Source of the DNA: the human T2T-CHM13v2.0 reference genome, Homo sapiens
Strand: one strand, 5' to 3'
Length of the DNA stretch: 64,000 nucleotides
NCBI RefSeq assembly: GCF_009914755.1
Contig: NC_060940.1
Shown piece after piece: positions 22,067 through 41,275 of the stretch. Both the position numbers and the translations under genes were made by a program. Position 1 is the first letter of the stretch; every line of letters starts with the position of its first letter. The notes under the pieces were generated by a model, which was not told the origin of the DNA, ran no database searches, and was given only the letters and a program-made list of their open reading frames with translations.

Positions 22067-22925
22067 GTGAGTGTCCCTTGGCAGTGGGGTGACCATGCCC
22101 AGATCTGTGCTGTTCAGCTCTGGGGGATTTCAGGCCTGAGGGTCACAGATTCAGTTGCTATTAGGGGCCAGGAAGGTGCTGCAAATGGGGAGGGGGGCTG
22201 GCATCAGGCAGACAACAGGGAGTGGTGGGGACTGCAGTGTCAGAGGTGCTGCAGTCAGTTCAGCTCTTGTCAATTATTGCTGGGTACATGGGTCTGGGCT
22301 GATGCTTTCATTCAAAGGAAGTCAGAAATTTAAATCTGTATGTGATGTTTTCCAATGTTGGTAGCGTAAATACAACATTTCTGTGAACTGTGTTCATTCG
22401 GTCAGCGGGCAGCCGGGTTTTAGCCTCAGGCTTACAAAGAGCATGTGTAGCTGTTGTCTCATTTATTTTTAGACTCCCAGCAGGCTTTGGAAGGGATTAA
22501 GTAGACAAGATTGGGGATGATGTCTCCCGTTTTATAGATAAGGAAACTGAGGCTTAGAGAGGACAGAAGTGACTTATTTAAGGTCAGTGGGCAGTGGCAA
22601 ATTAAGTGATAGATTTGGGACAAGAGGCTGAGTGAACCCTTTTAATTTTTGTTGTAGAGATAGGGGTCACGCTCTGTTGCCCAGGCTGGTCTTGAACTCC
22701 TGGCTTCAAGCCATCCTCCTGCGTTGGCCTCTCAAAAGTACTGGAATTACAGGCATGAGCCACAGTGCCCAGCCCAGGGAGCCCCTCCCTAATGTCTGAC
22801 TCTTTCCTTTCTTTTGGACACAGAACCAAGTCTAACCTTTCTCCTGGGTCAGCTCTCCCTCAACTTTGGGAGGTGGAGCCTGGGGCAGGCTGGGGAATGT
22901 GTGTGTAAAGCTGTGGCCATGCTTT

Positions 22926-22941
22926 GCTGCCCCCTAGTGGT
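22926..22941 (-). promoter_or_regulatory. Candidate CTCF site ACCACTAGGGGGCAGC in AQP8 intron 4
   Basis: + strand gctgccccctagtggt is the reverse complement of the CTCF core CCACYAGRKGGCAG. Confidence 0.6.
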
Positions 22942-23496
22942 CTTTGATTCACTTACAAGCCCTTTTTTTTTTTTTTTAGCTCCGCTTCCCGGGTTCACGC
23001 CATTGTCCTGCCTCAGCCTCACGAGTATCTGGGACTACAGGCGTCCGCCACCACGCCCGGCTAATTTTTTTTTGTATTTTTGGTAGAGACGGGGTTTCAC
23101 CGTATTAGGCAGGATGGTCTCGATTTCCTGATCTCATGATCCGCCCGCCTTGGCCTCCCAAAGTGCTGGGATTACAGGCTGAGCCACCGCGCCCCGCCTA
23201 CTTACAAGCTTTTTGACTTCGAAGCTGGACACAGGGTGGGGATGAGGTCTACAGGCCCCCAGCTGGAGAGAATGGGGTAAAGACAGAGCCCCAGAACGAG
23301 AGGAGTGCACCTGGGGAAGAGTCTCCCTGTAGGATTCTGGGTCTTAAGCTTGTGGTGCAACAAGGGCCTCATCTGGACCAGCTAGATTAGTTAATGCTTT
23401 TTGTACATTAATTATATTCGAGGTGTGGGCTCCATTTGCATTTTCTCATTCACTCCTGATGACAACCTATGGGATAGTCACTTTCACCTCACCTGA

Positions 23497-24185
<689 letters not shown>

Positions 24186-24558
24186 TGTGGGCTGGGTTTT
24201 GAATCTAGGTCAGCTTGACTCCAAAAGGATTGAAACTGATTGACTTTCCTTTGTAGACTTTGGAGCAAATGTAGCTCCAGCTTCTCTTCCTGCCATCACC
24301 CAGTAGGCATTTTTGCTGGGCATTCTAGAGGAGTGTGTGGGGAGTGCTGGACTGCACGCCCAGCGGGGAGCCATGCCTTCTGCTTCCTGGTGCTAATAGC
24401 CCCTCTGCCTTCTTTAGGATCTACCCAGGAGCTCATGATGTAGGAGTTTAGAGAGGGTTTCTGGGTGGTGTGTGACTAGGCCTAGTTGGGGACATGAGTG
24501 TGAGGTGAGGTGGGGTTTGGCTGGGATCCTGGTGACCTTGGTGCCTGGGTGTTTGCAG

Positions 24559-24693
24559 GGGCCCTGTGTCTGGAGGCTGCATGAATCCCGCCCGTGCTTT
24601 TGGACCTGCGGTGGTGGCCAACCACTGGAACTTCCACTGGATCTACTGGCTGGGCCCACTCCTGGCTGGCCTGCTTGTTGGACTGCTCATTAG
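24559..24693 (+). CDS. AQP8: Aquaporin-8 exon 5 ([16 protein letters not shown]...LLI; second NPA-R at 24584-24595; TM6)
   Basis: Manual translation gives [34 protein letters not shown]; acceptor ttgcag, donor gtagg. This frame is missing from the ORF track. Confidence 0.97.
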
Positions 24694-25934
24694 GTAGGAG
24701 TGTGACACAGGGTCACCGGCCCATTGGATGGGCACTTGGCAACATCTCCCAGAGAGTCCGGGACTAGAGGGCTAGGCTCTCACTTGGGTTTGGAAGAGAA
24801 AAGAGGGAGCCTCTTTAGAGGCAAAGAAAATGGCTCCATCTAGGAGCTTTGGTTGCAAGTGACAGAGATCTATTTCAAAATAGCTTATGTCATAAAGAGG
24901 AATTCATTGGCTCACATCATCAAAAACTTCACAGGTAGCAGTGGTTTCAGGTGGCGCTCAAACAATGTCTTTAGGACTTGGTCTTTCTCCTTTTCTTTTT
25001 TTGACAGTTTCCCTCTGTTGCCCAGGCTGGAGTGCAGTGGTGTGATTCTGGCTTATTGCAACCTCCGCCCCCGGGTTCAAGAGATTCTCCTGCCTCAGCC
25101 TGCCAAGCAGCTGGGACTACAGGCGCCGCCACCACGCCCAGCTAATTTTTATATTTTTAGTAGAGTCGGGTTTTCACCGTGTTGACCAGGCTGGTCTCGA
25201 ACTCCTGACCTCATGTGATCCACCTGCCTGGGCCTCCCAAAGTGCTAGGATTATAGGCATGAGCCACCGCGCCCAGCCAGTTTTTGTGATTTTTTTGGTA
25301 GAGATGGGGCTTCACCATGTTGGCCAGGCTGGTCTCCAACTCCTGACCTCAAGTGATCTGCCTCCCAAAGCGCTGGGTTACAGGCGTGAGCCACTGCACC
25401 CGGCTTCATTTAATTCTGGGCTTTCAGAGTGGCAGCAATGAGCATCTTCAGGAAAAGGGTTAGAAACCAAGCAGGACCCGGGCATGTGGTTCACGCCTGT
25501 AATCCCAGCAGTTTGGGAGGCCAAGGTGGGTGGATCACTTGAAGTCAGGAGTTGGAGACCAGCCTGGCCAACATGGTTAAAACCCTGTCTCTACTAAAAA
25601 TACAAAAATCAGCCAGGTGTGGTGGTGCTTGTCTGTAGTCCCAGCTACTCGGGAGGCTGAAGTATGAGAATTGCTTGAACCCAGGAGGTGGAAGCTGCAG
25701 TGAGCTGAGATCATGCTACTGTACTCCAGCCTGGGTGAGTGAGACTCTGTCTCAATTAAAAAAAAAAAAAGAAACCAAGCAGGAAACTGTCTCTCTCTCT
25801 GCAAGGGGATCTGGCTATTAAGGCTGGGGAGGCTCAGGAAGTCATCTTTCTGGAGACTTCTGAGCCTGGAGACATGACGAAGGGCTGGGTCTCACCTCCG
25901 GGGCAGAGACCTTACTGGGTCATCTTTCTTGCAG

Positions 25935-25983
25935 GTGCTTCATTGGAGATGGGAAGACCCGCCTCATCCTGAAGGCTCGGTGA
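25935..25983 (+). CDS. AQP8: Aquaporin-8 exon 6 coding part (RCFIGDGKTRLILKAR*)
   Basis: Acceptor tttcttgcag; TGA at 25981-25983; exon sum 12+248+127+215+135+49 = 786 nt = 261 aa + stop. Confidence 0.96.
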
Positions 25984-26397
25984 AGCAGAGCTCGTGGGAT
26001 TCCTGCTGCTCCAGGTGTCCTCAGCTCACCTGTCCCAGACTGAGGACAGGGGAGTTCCTGCATTTCCTGCCAGGGCAGAGGCCCAGAGGAGCGACCCCCT
26101 GCTTCCACTGCTTGGGCCTGCTTTCTCAGATAGACTGACTGCTGAGGAGGCTCTAGGTTCTTGGAATTCCTTTGTGCTCATCAGAGACCCCAGCCTGGGG
26201 AACACGCTGCCCGCACTGCCCAGAGAGCAGTGCAAACACCACAACACGAGCGTGTTTCTTGAGAGGAATGTCCCCGAGTTGGACAAGGAGGCTGTTTCTG
26301 CACATCAGCTCATTTCCCGCACCCCATTTCTTGCTTGATTGCTTTGTTGGGGGCCTGGCCACTTCCTTGCTTCTCAAGCTGACAATTCTCACTTTGC

Positions 26398-26403
26398 AAT
26401 AAA
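26398..26403 (+). terminator. AQP8: AQP8 polyadenylation signal AATAAA
   Basis: Canonical hexamer ~415 nt after the stop codon, followed by GT/T-rich sequence. Confidence 0.85.
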
Positions 26404-26871
26404 TAGTCCAGTGTTTCCTTCCACGTGCTCACTGGCTTGCCTTTCATTTGAGAAATGGGCACTGCTGAGGAGAAAGCAAGCAAAAAAAAAAGTCTGGGGT
26501 TAGGCCTTGGCTGGGGTTAGGCCTGAGCTGATCCCACAGCCCAGCTCAGAGTCCTGGGCCATGGCAGGCTCTTGAAGTTGAGGCCAGACCAGAGCCTGTC
26601 TCCACTTGGACGGGCCCATCCTGGAGCTCTGTCTGGAGCTCAGAGTGCATATTGAGTCCAACTTGGAGTCTAGTCAGAGTCAATTCCAGATCACAGACCT
26701 CAGGACCCTGCTGAAAACCCCCAGGCAGAGTCCAGGGTCTGGCTGAGTGCCCAGTGCTGTCCCTACTCGAGTGCTTGGTGCTGTCCAGGACATGGGTCAG
26801 CCCATTCATTCACTCTAGGTGGGGAGGTGGGGGGGTGGGTGGGATTGGGATGGGCTGCAAGAATTTCCTGA

Positions 26872-27254
<383 letters not shown>

Positions 27255-27548
27255 TAGAATCCTGAACAAGTGACACAGTACAGGCCTGAAGAACCAGTGG
27301 CACTTGGGTGGAAGATAGGAGTATAACAGATAAGAAAGGACGGAAAGACACACCCTGGAAGTCACCCCTTCGAAGTAGAGTATGTGTCTTCTCCATAAGA
27401 ATCGATGGGTCATTTATGGAAGATGATCATTATAACACCAGAAAGAAGGGCCAGGGAGAAACCACTCTCAACAACAACCGAAAACTCACCCACTTCAACA
27501 AGATGAGCAAAATGCTCACTTGAGCAAAAATGAAGAAAATCACCACTA

Positions 27549-31455
<3,907 letters not shown>

Positions 31456-32399
31456 TCAAAGAGGGCTCCTTTACTGATAATTCCACAACTTCCATGCCAA
31501 GCACACTTGCATGCGCCATGGACTCTGCACATGTATCCAAGCAAGGCTTATGGCCTTTCAGGTACCTCCTCTCCCCTTGGCCTACCTAGAGCCCTATACC
31601 CACCACCACCGTCAACATCATTTTCCCTCCAGAGTCCGACCACCTCAGAGTGAGTAAGATATTTACTTGTCTTGGAACCCAAAGCCACTGTTCCCCCTCC
31701 AAGTCCCTGGACTCATCATAAAGTTTGGGGGTTATGATGAGCAATGCTCCTTTTAGTGCTTGGAACACAAAGCATTCATTCTCCTCCCTTAATGTCTAAT
31801 TGCCTCAACTGATTTTTAGGAATTGAAAATTTGTAATCCTTAGAGATTTTTTTTCCCCTCAGAGACTTAAAGTCTCTCATCCAATTCCCAGACCTGAGTG
31901 AGTTCACAGACTTAAGTCTCTGTGAAGGAATGGGAGGTCCGGTAACCCTGCGGAAGAACCCTGATGGAATTCGGCCTGTGAAGATAATGAGCTTTTATCT
32001 TGGCTTTCACCAAAAAGGTTTGTGGCCATTTACTCAAGGAAAATACAGGGGGACTCTTCTAGTTATGGATACTCTGCAGACACTGGCTCTGAGCAGCTAC
32101 ACCTCCTGAGGTCTCTGGGTCCCATTGAAGCACGCTGCATAGAGCAGAGGCTTATCAAGTCCATGTGACAGATACTTTGTCTGGAATCGACCTCATGTTT
32201 AGGTGGACTGGCTCTTGGAACGCATCCTATAGTTCTCTCTACAGTTCCTGATGGTGTAGTTGGAAATAGTGCCTCAGCAAGTGCTAAAATCTCTACCCTG
32301 CCTTTACAACCCATGGAGCTGGAGTTATGGTAGGAAGAACTAAGTGGAAGCCACTGGAACACTTCCTGTATGCCAAAATTTTCAATCAAAAGCAACGCT

Positions 32400-33175
<776 letters not shown>

Positions 33176-33499
33176 ACTGTATCTTCGAAGAAACTTTTAA
33201 GACTTCTTCCACCATTAGGCTATGGGGGAGTGCCTCAGAAACACAGGCAGCACGTGTATCCAAGGCTAATTCCCTCCTAGCACTGGAGATGACCATTACT
33301 GGGACAATGGCAGGGACAACCACCAGAGGACGGCTGCACACAGCTGTGGACTCACAAAAGACCCCTGCTACTTGTGGGGGACAACACTGAACTAGAATGA
33401 GACTGGAATTCTTTTCATTGGCTGGTAAGATCAGCTTTTATCAACTTCTTGGTACATTATATTTTCTCTTAATAGAATGACGCCCTTCAAATTATGGCA

Positions 33500-36400
33500 G
33501 AAACCAGTGGGAGCCATTTATTTTAGACATTTATTCCACAAACAAGTTTTCAAGAAGACATCTAAGTGAACACTGATACAAAACAATGAATGGACATCCA
33601 TTTGCACCAGGTCTTGGAATGCATTCAGAGGCAGAGGCTTCCAGTTTCACAAGTTACTCAGACATTCCTTTAGCCAGGGCTGCCCCAGCTCCCTCACAGC
33701 TGTCTTGTCTGTCACTGGGCGCCAGACCTCCTGACAGAGGCTTCCTTCACTTCAGCCTACCTGCCACTGGTTATCGAGGTGCTTGGGGGGTGCCTGCTGT
33801 GGACCACGAGGGACTTGCCCTTTCTCCTTCCCCAACAAGCTCCTGGGCTGAGTTTGCTGTCACAGCATCCCCTCCCTTTCCTGAAGCATGCGATGGATTT
33901 GGTATGGCCAGATGTGGCAGGCACAGGACAGCTGGGCCGGCAGCCTGGTCTTCTAACCTCTTCCGCATCTATATCACGCTCCACAGCCTCATGAAACATT
34001 AGAGCCAGAGCAACTTAGCAGTTAAGTTCAACTTCTCTTCAGATGAGGAGCCGAGGCCCAGAGAGGCTATGATGTGTCAAACAACACTCATTTAGTGACA
34101 AGATTAAAACTTGCTTCTTTCAGCTTCCAGTCTCATGCTCATTCCACCAAGGCCAGGCTGCCCTGAGCCATTTACGTGTGAGGTTTCCCTTTTTAAAAAA
34201 CTGTTTCTTTCCAGATGAATGAATTAGGTTGAATGCATAATAACATCACTGGTAAGAACTGGAGGTATTTGTGGCAGTAACAAAGCAAGCCTAGGTGGGA
34301 CATACGACCCCAGTTTCCAAAATGCCTTCGATAAGATGATAGTGAAAAGTTGTCAGTCTATGCTGCTTTTCAAAAACAGGATTTGACACAATTTACAAGG
34401 AAATAAGATGAAATTAAATAAATATAGGTTGGGGTAGTTGGTTGAGGTGGGCTGTAAGTTTTGTTGAACTTTCCAGCAGCCAGAACAAAGAGAGAAAAAG
34501 CAGCTTAAGTTACAAAAATCACAGTGTTTGTAATACATACATACAGATCTACACACACATGTAGACGTGTGTGTGTACACATACTGCGCTTAGGATCAGA
34601 GCTTTCCTTGGCACTGAGATCTAGATAAAAAAACCTTTTTCTATGAATCTTCATAAAGGCAATGTTATGTGATCTAAAAGACACATTGGTCAGAACATGA
34701 TTATTCATTTTGACTTACATGTACCAGGTGAAAACAAATAAAATGCAGGGAGACAGGTAGTGTTGGTCTAAAATGGGGGGGAGACCTTCCATTTCTTCAG
34801 AACAAAGTTCATCAAATTAATGTAACACATGTCTAGACAGCCCATTTACAATTAGGAGTAGAGATAGGGGAACCCAAATTCCACCTCAGCTTGCTCCCAG
34901 GCATATGAGAGTTAAACAGAATCAGTTTGTCCCACTAGAGAGGGAATGGGTCTTGCTTGACCCTTTCCTGCCACTGGGGAAGGTTGAGAGATGAAGGTAC
35001 AGAATATGATTCTGGGCAACTTAGCGCAACTCTTCTGCAGGGGAAGGTGATGTTCTCATGACTGAGCTCCTGGCCTTCTGTAACTGCCATGGTGTAAGTG
35101 GCCCCAACTTTTGCTGTGATGCTTCCTCTATCAAACTGTGAGTTCCTTGAGCCCAGGCACCATGCCCCTTCCTTCCTTTTTCTATCATTCACTGTGGCTA
35201 GAACATGGCCTTACATGTAACAGTGCTTCATATTTATGAATAAGTCATCTACTTTCCTGAATCATGCTTCCACATAATATCAATCCTGTGTACATATTAT
35301 TAAGTGGTGATTTCTATTAATTTACATCTTCTCTAGAGCTGGAATTCCAGAACATCTACACAATATAAACACAAGCCCACTGGCACCACAAACATCTTAC
35401 TGTGCTACGCACACTACCAACATGGAACTGTACTTAGCATTAGAAATCTATAACTTGGACAACACAGAAAAATCAACCTATTGAGATGTGAACAGTCATA
35501 ATATTTCCAACAAATGTAAATCAGAAACATTTATCAATGTCTACCTGAGTCACCTGCCTTCCAACAGGCCACACCCTATTCTGGCACCATAAATTAGATT
35601 TCTTTCTACAGTGCCTACCCTCCTAGGTACTTTGCTGAACAAGTTTCAAAAGATTGAAACATACCAAAAGGAAAAATATCATTTCCAGATGGCTTCAAAT
35701 AAGAGCATTTGACAAAGAAAGGGAGAGAGAAGAGCAAAATAATCACCCACAAACAGCCCTAACTCCGGTTCCCTTCCCATTAAACTTGTGACTTCTCCCT
35801 TGCCAAAGCAAAGCCACCCTGGGTCACCTACATACTAAGGGAATAAACGCCACTGACTCCATCCTGAAGCAACTGGCCATGGAAAATCAAATCTCTGGGT
35901 TTCATCTGTAACTTCAAAAGTCAATTAACCATCCCCCATCAGAACTTTTCCTTCAGTGTTTACTGGGTTACTGCCGGGGGTTCTCAAAGAGATTTTTCAG
36001 ACAAAACAAGTAAATGAGGAAAACAAAAACGGTGTTCTGGATTTCTGGATTGAAGTTTTTATAAATGTTCCCACTTTTCACCCAGTGAGCTCTAGAGTTG
36101 TGTTAAGTTACTTGGCACACTACAGTTAGGTTTCTGATGCGGTGAACAGGGACTAGAAGCCTCAGGAAAAGAGACTGGGAGATTTAACAGCCAGACCTGA
36201 GAGCGCTGGTCTAAGCTGAGGTGGCTATCTGATCGACAGCAGGCCAAAGGAGTCCAACTGGTCTTAGAAATGCTTCAGGTGTCTATTACCTCTTCCCTAT
36301 CCCCTTAAAGTTTTAGAAACACTATTATAATATTATACTGCAGTGCAGGGGTGGGAGGTACGAAATATGCCAACATGCCAGTCATGTTCTAGATAAGAGC

Positions 36401-37306
36401 CAGAGAAGTTAGAGGATAGAACTAGAACGCATCTGAAATCCTACTTTGCTTTAGTGAGACACACCACGAGCAGGCCTCCTATTCTATCTGAGGAGGGCAT
36501 GGTAGTTCGGAAGAGGCCGGCAGGAGCACCCAGAGCAACTGAGAGGCAAGTGCAGGGCTATGAGAAACAGTAGGAGGACCTGGGATTACTTATAGGCTGG
36601 AGAAGCAGCAGCCAGGGGATTTAAGTCTTCGGGTACAGAAAAGGATGAGGGGTGATCAATTGCTTCTCACCTCCATGGAGGGCAAGGCATTAGTAACAGG
36701 ATTTCAGTGACAATACAGGGATTCTGCCCTAGCTATTTGGATCAACTTCTTGACAAAAAAAAAAAAAAAGGTACACTGTAACAGACTTCTGAGGAAAGCT
36801 ATAAAATCTTCACTCTTCTTTTGTGGATCTCTTCAAAACCAAGATGGATTTGATGTAGTTCCGATCAGACTCCTCAAAGTTCTATCTAAATGTGAAAATC
36901 TGTTATCAAGTTTCATCCAGGATCTCACGGAGTAGGTAATAACAACAAAAAAACTTTTGGCATTTTTTATATCCTTGAAGACAACTCTCACCCATATGGA
37001 AGATCTTGAATGTTGCCGAACTTAGCAATCCAGTTGCAGTGGCCTCAATGTACTGAAGGGTATTTCATTCTGAACTCGGACAATGTATCTTCGCCACATT
37101 CTTAAAGGAGAAGCTGAGACACACAGAAGAGGAGGAACAGACTGATGAAGTTAGAGGCAGAGGTGAGAACAGGATGAAAGTGTTTAGTTTATTTATATTC
37201 TCAAGTTTATCTTGGAAATTACACTTCATAGCTAAGAAAAGATTGCTTCCAAGAATGAGATTAGGGTAAAATGGCTAAGGGGGCATTTAGGAAGAGAAGA
37301 TCATCA
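33500..37306 (-). other. ZKSCAN2: ZKSCAN2 3'UTR (~3.8 kb, Alu-free)
   Basis: Unique sequence between the stop codon and a pair of minus-strand AATAAA hexamers; the 3' end is inferred. Confidence 0.65.
33517..33535 (-). terminator. ZKSCAN2: Tandem minus-strand poly(A) signals (tttatt at 33517-33522 and 33530-33535), likely distal ZKSCAN2 PAS
   Basis: Two AATAAA hexamers on the - strand at the edge of the unique block. Confidence 0.65.
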
Positions 37307-38229
37307 TCAAAAAGTTTTCCTAAATTCATCAGTCTTTCCCTTATGTGGGTTCTCAGGGCAATACAGAGATGGAGGGTGTGGCAGAGGCTTTTCTCTCACA
37401 TGAACTTCCCGATGTTTGGTAAGAACAGAACTCTTACTGAAACGTTTGCCACACTGGGCACATCCATAGGGCTTCTCTCCAGTGTGTATTCTCCGATGTT
37501 CTCGAAATCTCGTACAGTTATTGAAACTTTTTTCACAGTCCACACATTTGTAGGGATTCTCCCCAGTGTGAACTCTCCGGTGGGCGCTGAAATGAGAACT
37601 GTTGGTGAAACTTTTCCCACACTCTCCACACTGATAGGGCTTCTCACCGGTGTGCGTTCTCTGATGTATAATAAGACTAGAGCTCTGACTAAAGCATTTT
37701 CCACACTCTCCGCATCTGTAGGGTTTCTCTCCTGTGTGGATTCTCTGGTGGGCACCAAAATTTGAGGAGTCATTAAAGCTTTTTCCACAGTCAAGACATT
37801 TAAAAGGTTTTTCGCCTGTGTGGATTCTTTGGTGTCTGATCAGGCTCCTGCTTCTACCAAAGCACTTCCCACAGACACCACACTTGTAAGGATTCTCCTT
37901 GTGGTGGGTCATCCGGCACATCAGACGAGTGCTCCTTCCAAAGCTTTCTCCATATTTGAGAAGTCTGTAGGGTCTCTTCCCCACAAAAGGCCTCTGATGC
38001 ACAACGGCTTTCCCTAAATCTCTAGGCTGAGACATCGGCTTTCCCTGTCTAATTCCTTGAAGATTTTCCCATTGTCTTCCTGAGATGCATTCCCTTTTGC
38101 GATATTTGCTGGGGTCGGTACTCTGGGAAACAACTCTTTTAGACTTTTCTATTAATGCCCTATGCTGTTCCATGTCCTTATATACTATCTGTGTTGGATC
38201 CTCCTTGATGCTACTTCCGATTTCAAAAT
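37307..38229 (-). CDS. ZKSCAN2: ZKSCAN2 exon 7: six C2H2 zinc fingers (37888-37400) with TGEKP linkers, then stop
   Basis: ORF 37307..38248; acceptor cattttttcag; exon sum 399+187+92+127+684+492+923 = 2904 nt = 967 aa + stop. Confidence 0.96.
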
Positions 38230-39349
38230 CTGAAAAAATGAAAGACAATACAAATTTTATACAAGTCTGATATTAACCATAAACAACCTGGCTTGCAAGG
38301 CTTGATCCGCTTGCTCTCCATACACTTCTCTAACCTCAGATCCTGTGACTCTTCCCTGATTCATTCTGCTATATTTCTTTCCATTCATAAACAGGCCAAT
38401 AACAGCCAGTACAGAGTAGGCCTTAAGAAATGTTTCCTGCATTATAATCCAAGCCATCATTCCCCATCCATATCCCGATTAACAAGGGTGCAACCTGGCT
38501 TATCTCCCTGAGGTTCCACTCTAATTCATCCTATTTTCATAATTTCACCTCTATACTAAAGCACACTACACCACACTGATCTCTAGATTAGATTCTGACT
38601 AAGTCCAAGTTCCTCGAGGGACTTCAGGAACTAAATTCCTCTACATATCTAATCATATCCCACCCAAGGGTACCTGTTTCTTTTCAAATGTTCTTCTCAC
38701 TTTGTTTTTCAGGCTGTCCCATAAACCACACTAAATGAAATCTTAATTCTCACTGTTACCCAAATTGGATTATTTTCTCACTCTTTTCACCTACATCCCA
38801 CGTTCACTACATCTTGGATCCAGATTTTCTGTTAAGTTTTCTGGACAGAGAGCATGACATGGTGAACAGAGACAAGTTTTGGAATTACACGGCTCTGAGT
38901 CTGGTCCCATCTTGGTGAGTTATTAACTGTGTGATTTTTGTATTAACTTATGGAAAATTCAAACACAGAAAAGTCTGGAGAACAGTATGTATAATGAACT
39001 CCCACAAACCACTTACCTACATTTAACTATGACCTATTCATGGCCAATCTCATTTCATTTCCACGCCCACATACTCCCTGCTCCCTCCATCCAGACTACT
39101 TTGAAGCCAATTCCAGACATCACGTTATTTCATCCATAAACATTTCACAAGCTGTGCAACTTAGGCCCAATTCAGGTTAATCCTTGTTCTTAAGCATCTG
39201 CTCTCCTGCCTTGTTTCTACTGCCAGTTTCAACATTACTTTCCTTCCACACATTCAGTAGAAACCACAGATAACTCTCAATCCCAAGTGTGGAGGCTGTG
39301 GCATGGGATGGGGAGAGGAGGGCAGCCATCAATCAATCTAGACACTTAA

Positions 39350-39680
<331 letters not shown>

Positions 39681-39959
39681 TGATTGAGTTCAACATTGTT
39701 CTGCGATTTGGAGGAAGTCACAACCTAGGAGTTGGCTCAGAGAAAGCTTGATAATTTGATGATAGGTTTGGAGCTCACTTTAAAAACAAGATTCACAAGG
39801 ACTTTGTTTCCAGTTATCAAAGCCAGGGTTCTACAGGACTTAATTCAAGCCTTCATACTATAATTTCCCATATATATACTAAGCTAGAGTCACTTGCTTC
39901 AATAAACTAGTCCTGAATTACCCTGCATATTCAACTGATTGCCGAGGGCTTAATCTAGT

Positions 39960-40560
39960 GTTATGGGAAGACGGAGCTCCTGTCCTTCAGGAGCTCACCA
40001 TGTCTGGGAGATCTTACATACAAAGTGTTCAGTGCCATAAGACAGAGACAGACAAAGTATGGGAGGTGAGAGAGAATTTGGACATGGAGATATGTAGAGC
40101 CAAGGACATTCAAGGTGGAGGGAACATCGCAAGCTAAAGTTTGGATGTGAAAGAGCTTGAGGTGCATGTAGGAAATAGCCAGTAGTTCCGCTCTGAATAA
40201 GCAGAGTTGAGGAAGGAAAATGCTGACATGTAGACTAGAAGAGTAAGATGAGCTCAGATCAAAAATGGCTGTGAAACCTTAATAAAAGTGTGGGTGGAGA
40301 AAACTGGTTTGGAGGCTTTTACAACAGTCTAGGCAAGAGAGAGAGAAGACTGAACTAGACAGTGGCTAATGGTAACTGAAGAGGGGACAGATAGACGTGA
40401 TAGTCTGGATGAGGGCGGGAGCCCACAGGGAAGAGCCGTGGTGTGGTAAGGAAGATGGTGAAGTTAGTTTTGAACATCTTAAGCCTGAGTTACTAGTGAC
40501 AGGCCCACGAGGGCGTAAGTCAGTGGGAAACATGCAGGTGGAGCTCAGGACCAGAATAAA
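39960..40560 (-). mobile_element. L2 fragment in ZKSCAN2 intron 6; further L2 3' ends at ~11690-11810, 16905-16985, 41120-41182 and 58860-59130
   Basis: gtgaagttagttttgaacat.ttaag..tgag and tgaatgaatgaat terminal motifs. Confidence 0.55.
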
Positions 40561-41275
40561 GTCTTTTATTTAGTCTCTGCCTATCTTTTTTGTCTTGCAC
40601 ACCCCATATAACCATAAGATATTCTTCTTTTGTGCTTACTGAAACACTTTCTTCATCCAAGTTTTTTCTCATGTGTAATTCCAAGTTTTTCTTCCCCACG
40701 GTACTTCCAGGAGATACAAAACACTGTCTGACCCATACCAACAAAAACCAAGGCTGAGAACCCAAGGACTGAGTCACTCTAACGTGAGTTCCTCCTTTGA
40801 ATAGAAGCACCATGAGAACAGGAACTTTGTTTTTTTCAGATGGAGTCTCACTCTATCACCCAGGCTGGAGTGCAATGGCACGATCTCGGCTCACTGCAAC
40901 CTGCGCCTCCCAGGTTTCAAGTGATTCTCCTGCCTCAGCCTCCTGAGTAGCTGGGATTACAGGTGCCCGCCACCACACCCAGCTAATTTTTGTATTTTCA
41001 GTAGAGACAGGGTTTCGCCATGTTGGCCAGGCTGGTCTTGAACTCCTGACCCCAGGTGATCCACCCGCCTCAACCTCCCAAACTGCTAGGGTTACAGGTG
41101 TGAGCCACCATGCCAAGAACATCACTGCTATATCCCCTGTTCTTCAAGTAGCACAGGCACTCAAATATTTCTTGAATGAAGGAATATTCATGAGCTATGT
41201 GCAAGATCTACTCATTTTTCAGTAAATCACACTTATTCCTCTTTTGGACTAAAACTCCTTGGTTTTGCACCTTAC

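Noticed and set aside
33586-34002. 138-aa + strand ORF in unique sequence
   Set aside because: No recognisable domain or splice context; antisense to the ZKSCAN2 3'UTR; length within chance range
34550-34577. (AC)n/(GT)n hairpin in the ZKSCAN2 3'UTR as a possible miRNA precursor
   Set aside because: Only a ~12-bp low-complexity stem, too short for a pre-miRNA
37271-37765. 164-aa + strand ORF antisense to the zinc fingers
   Set aside because: Typical antisense shadow ORF of C2H2 arrays; no independent support
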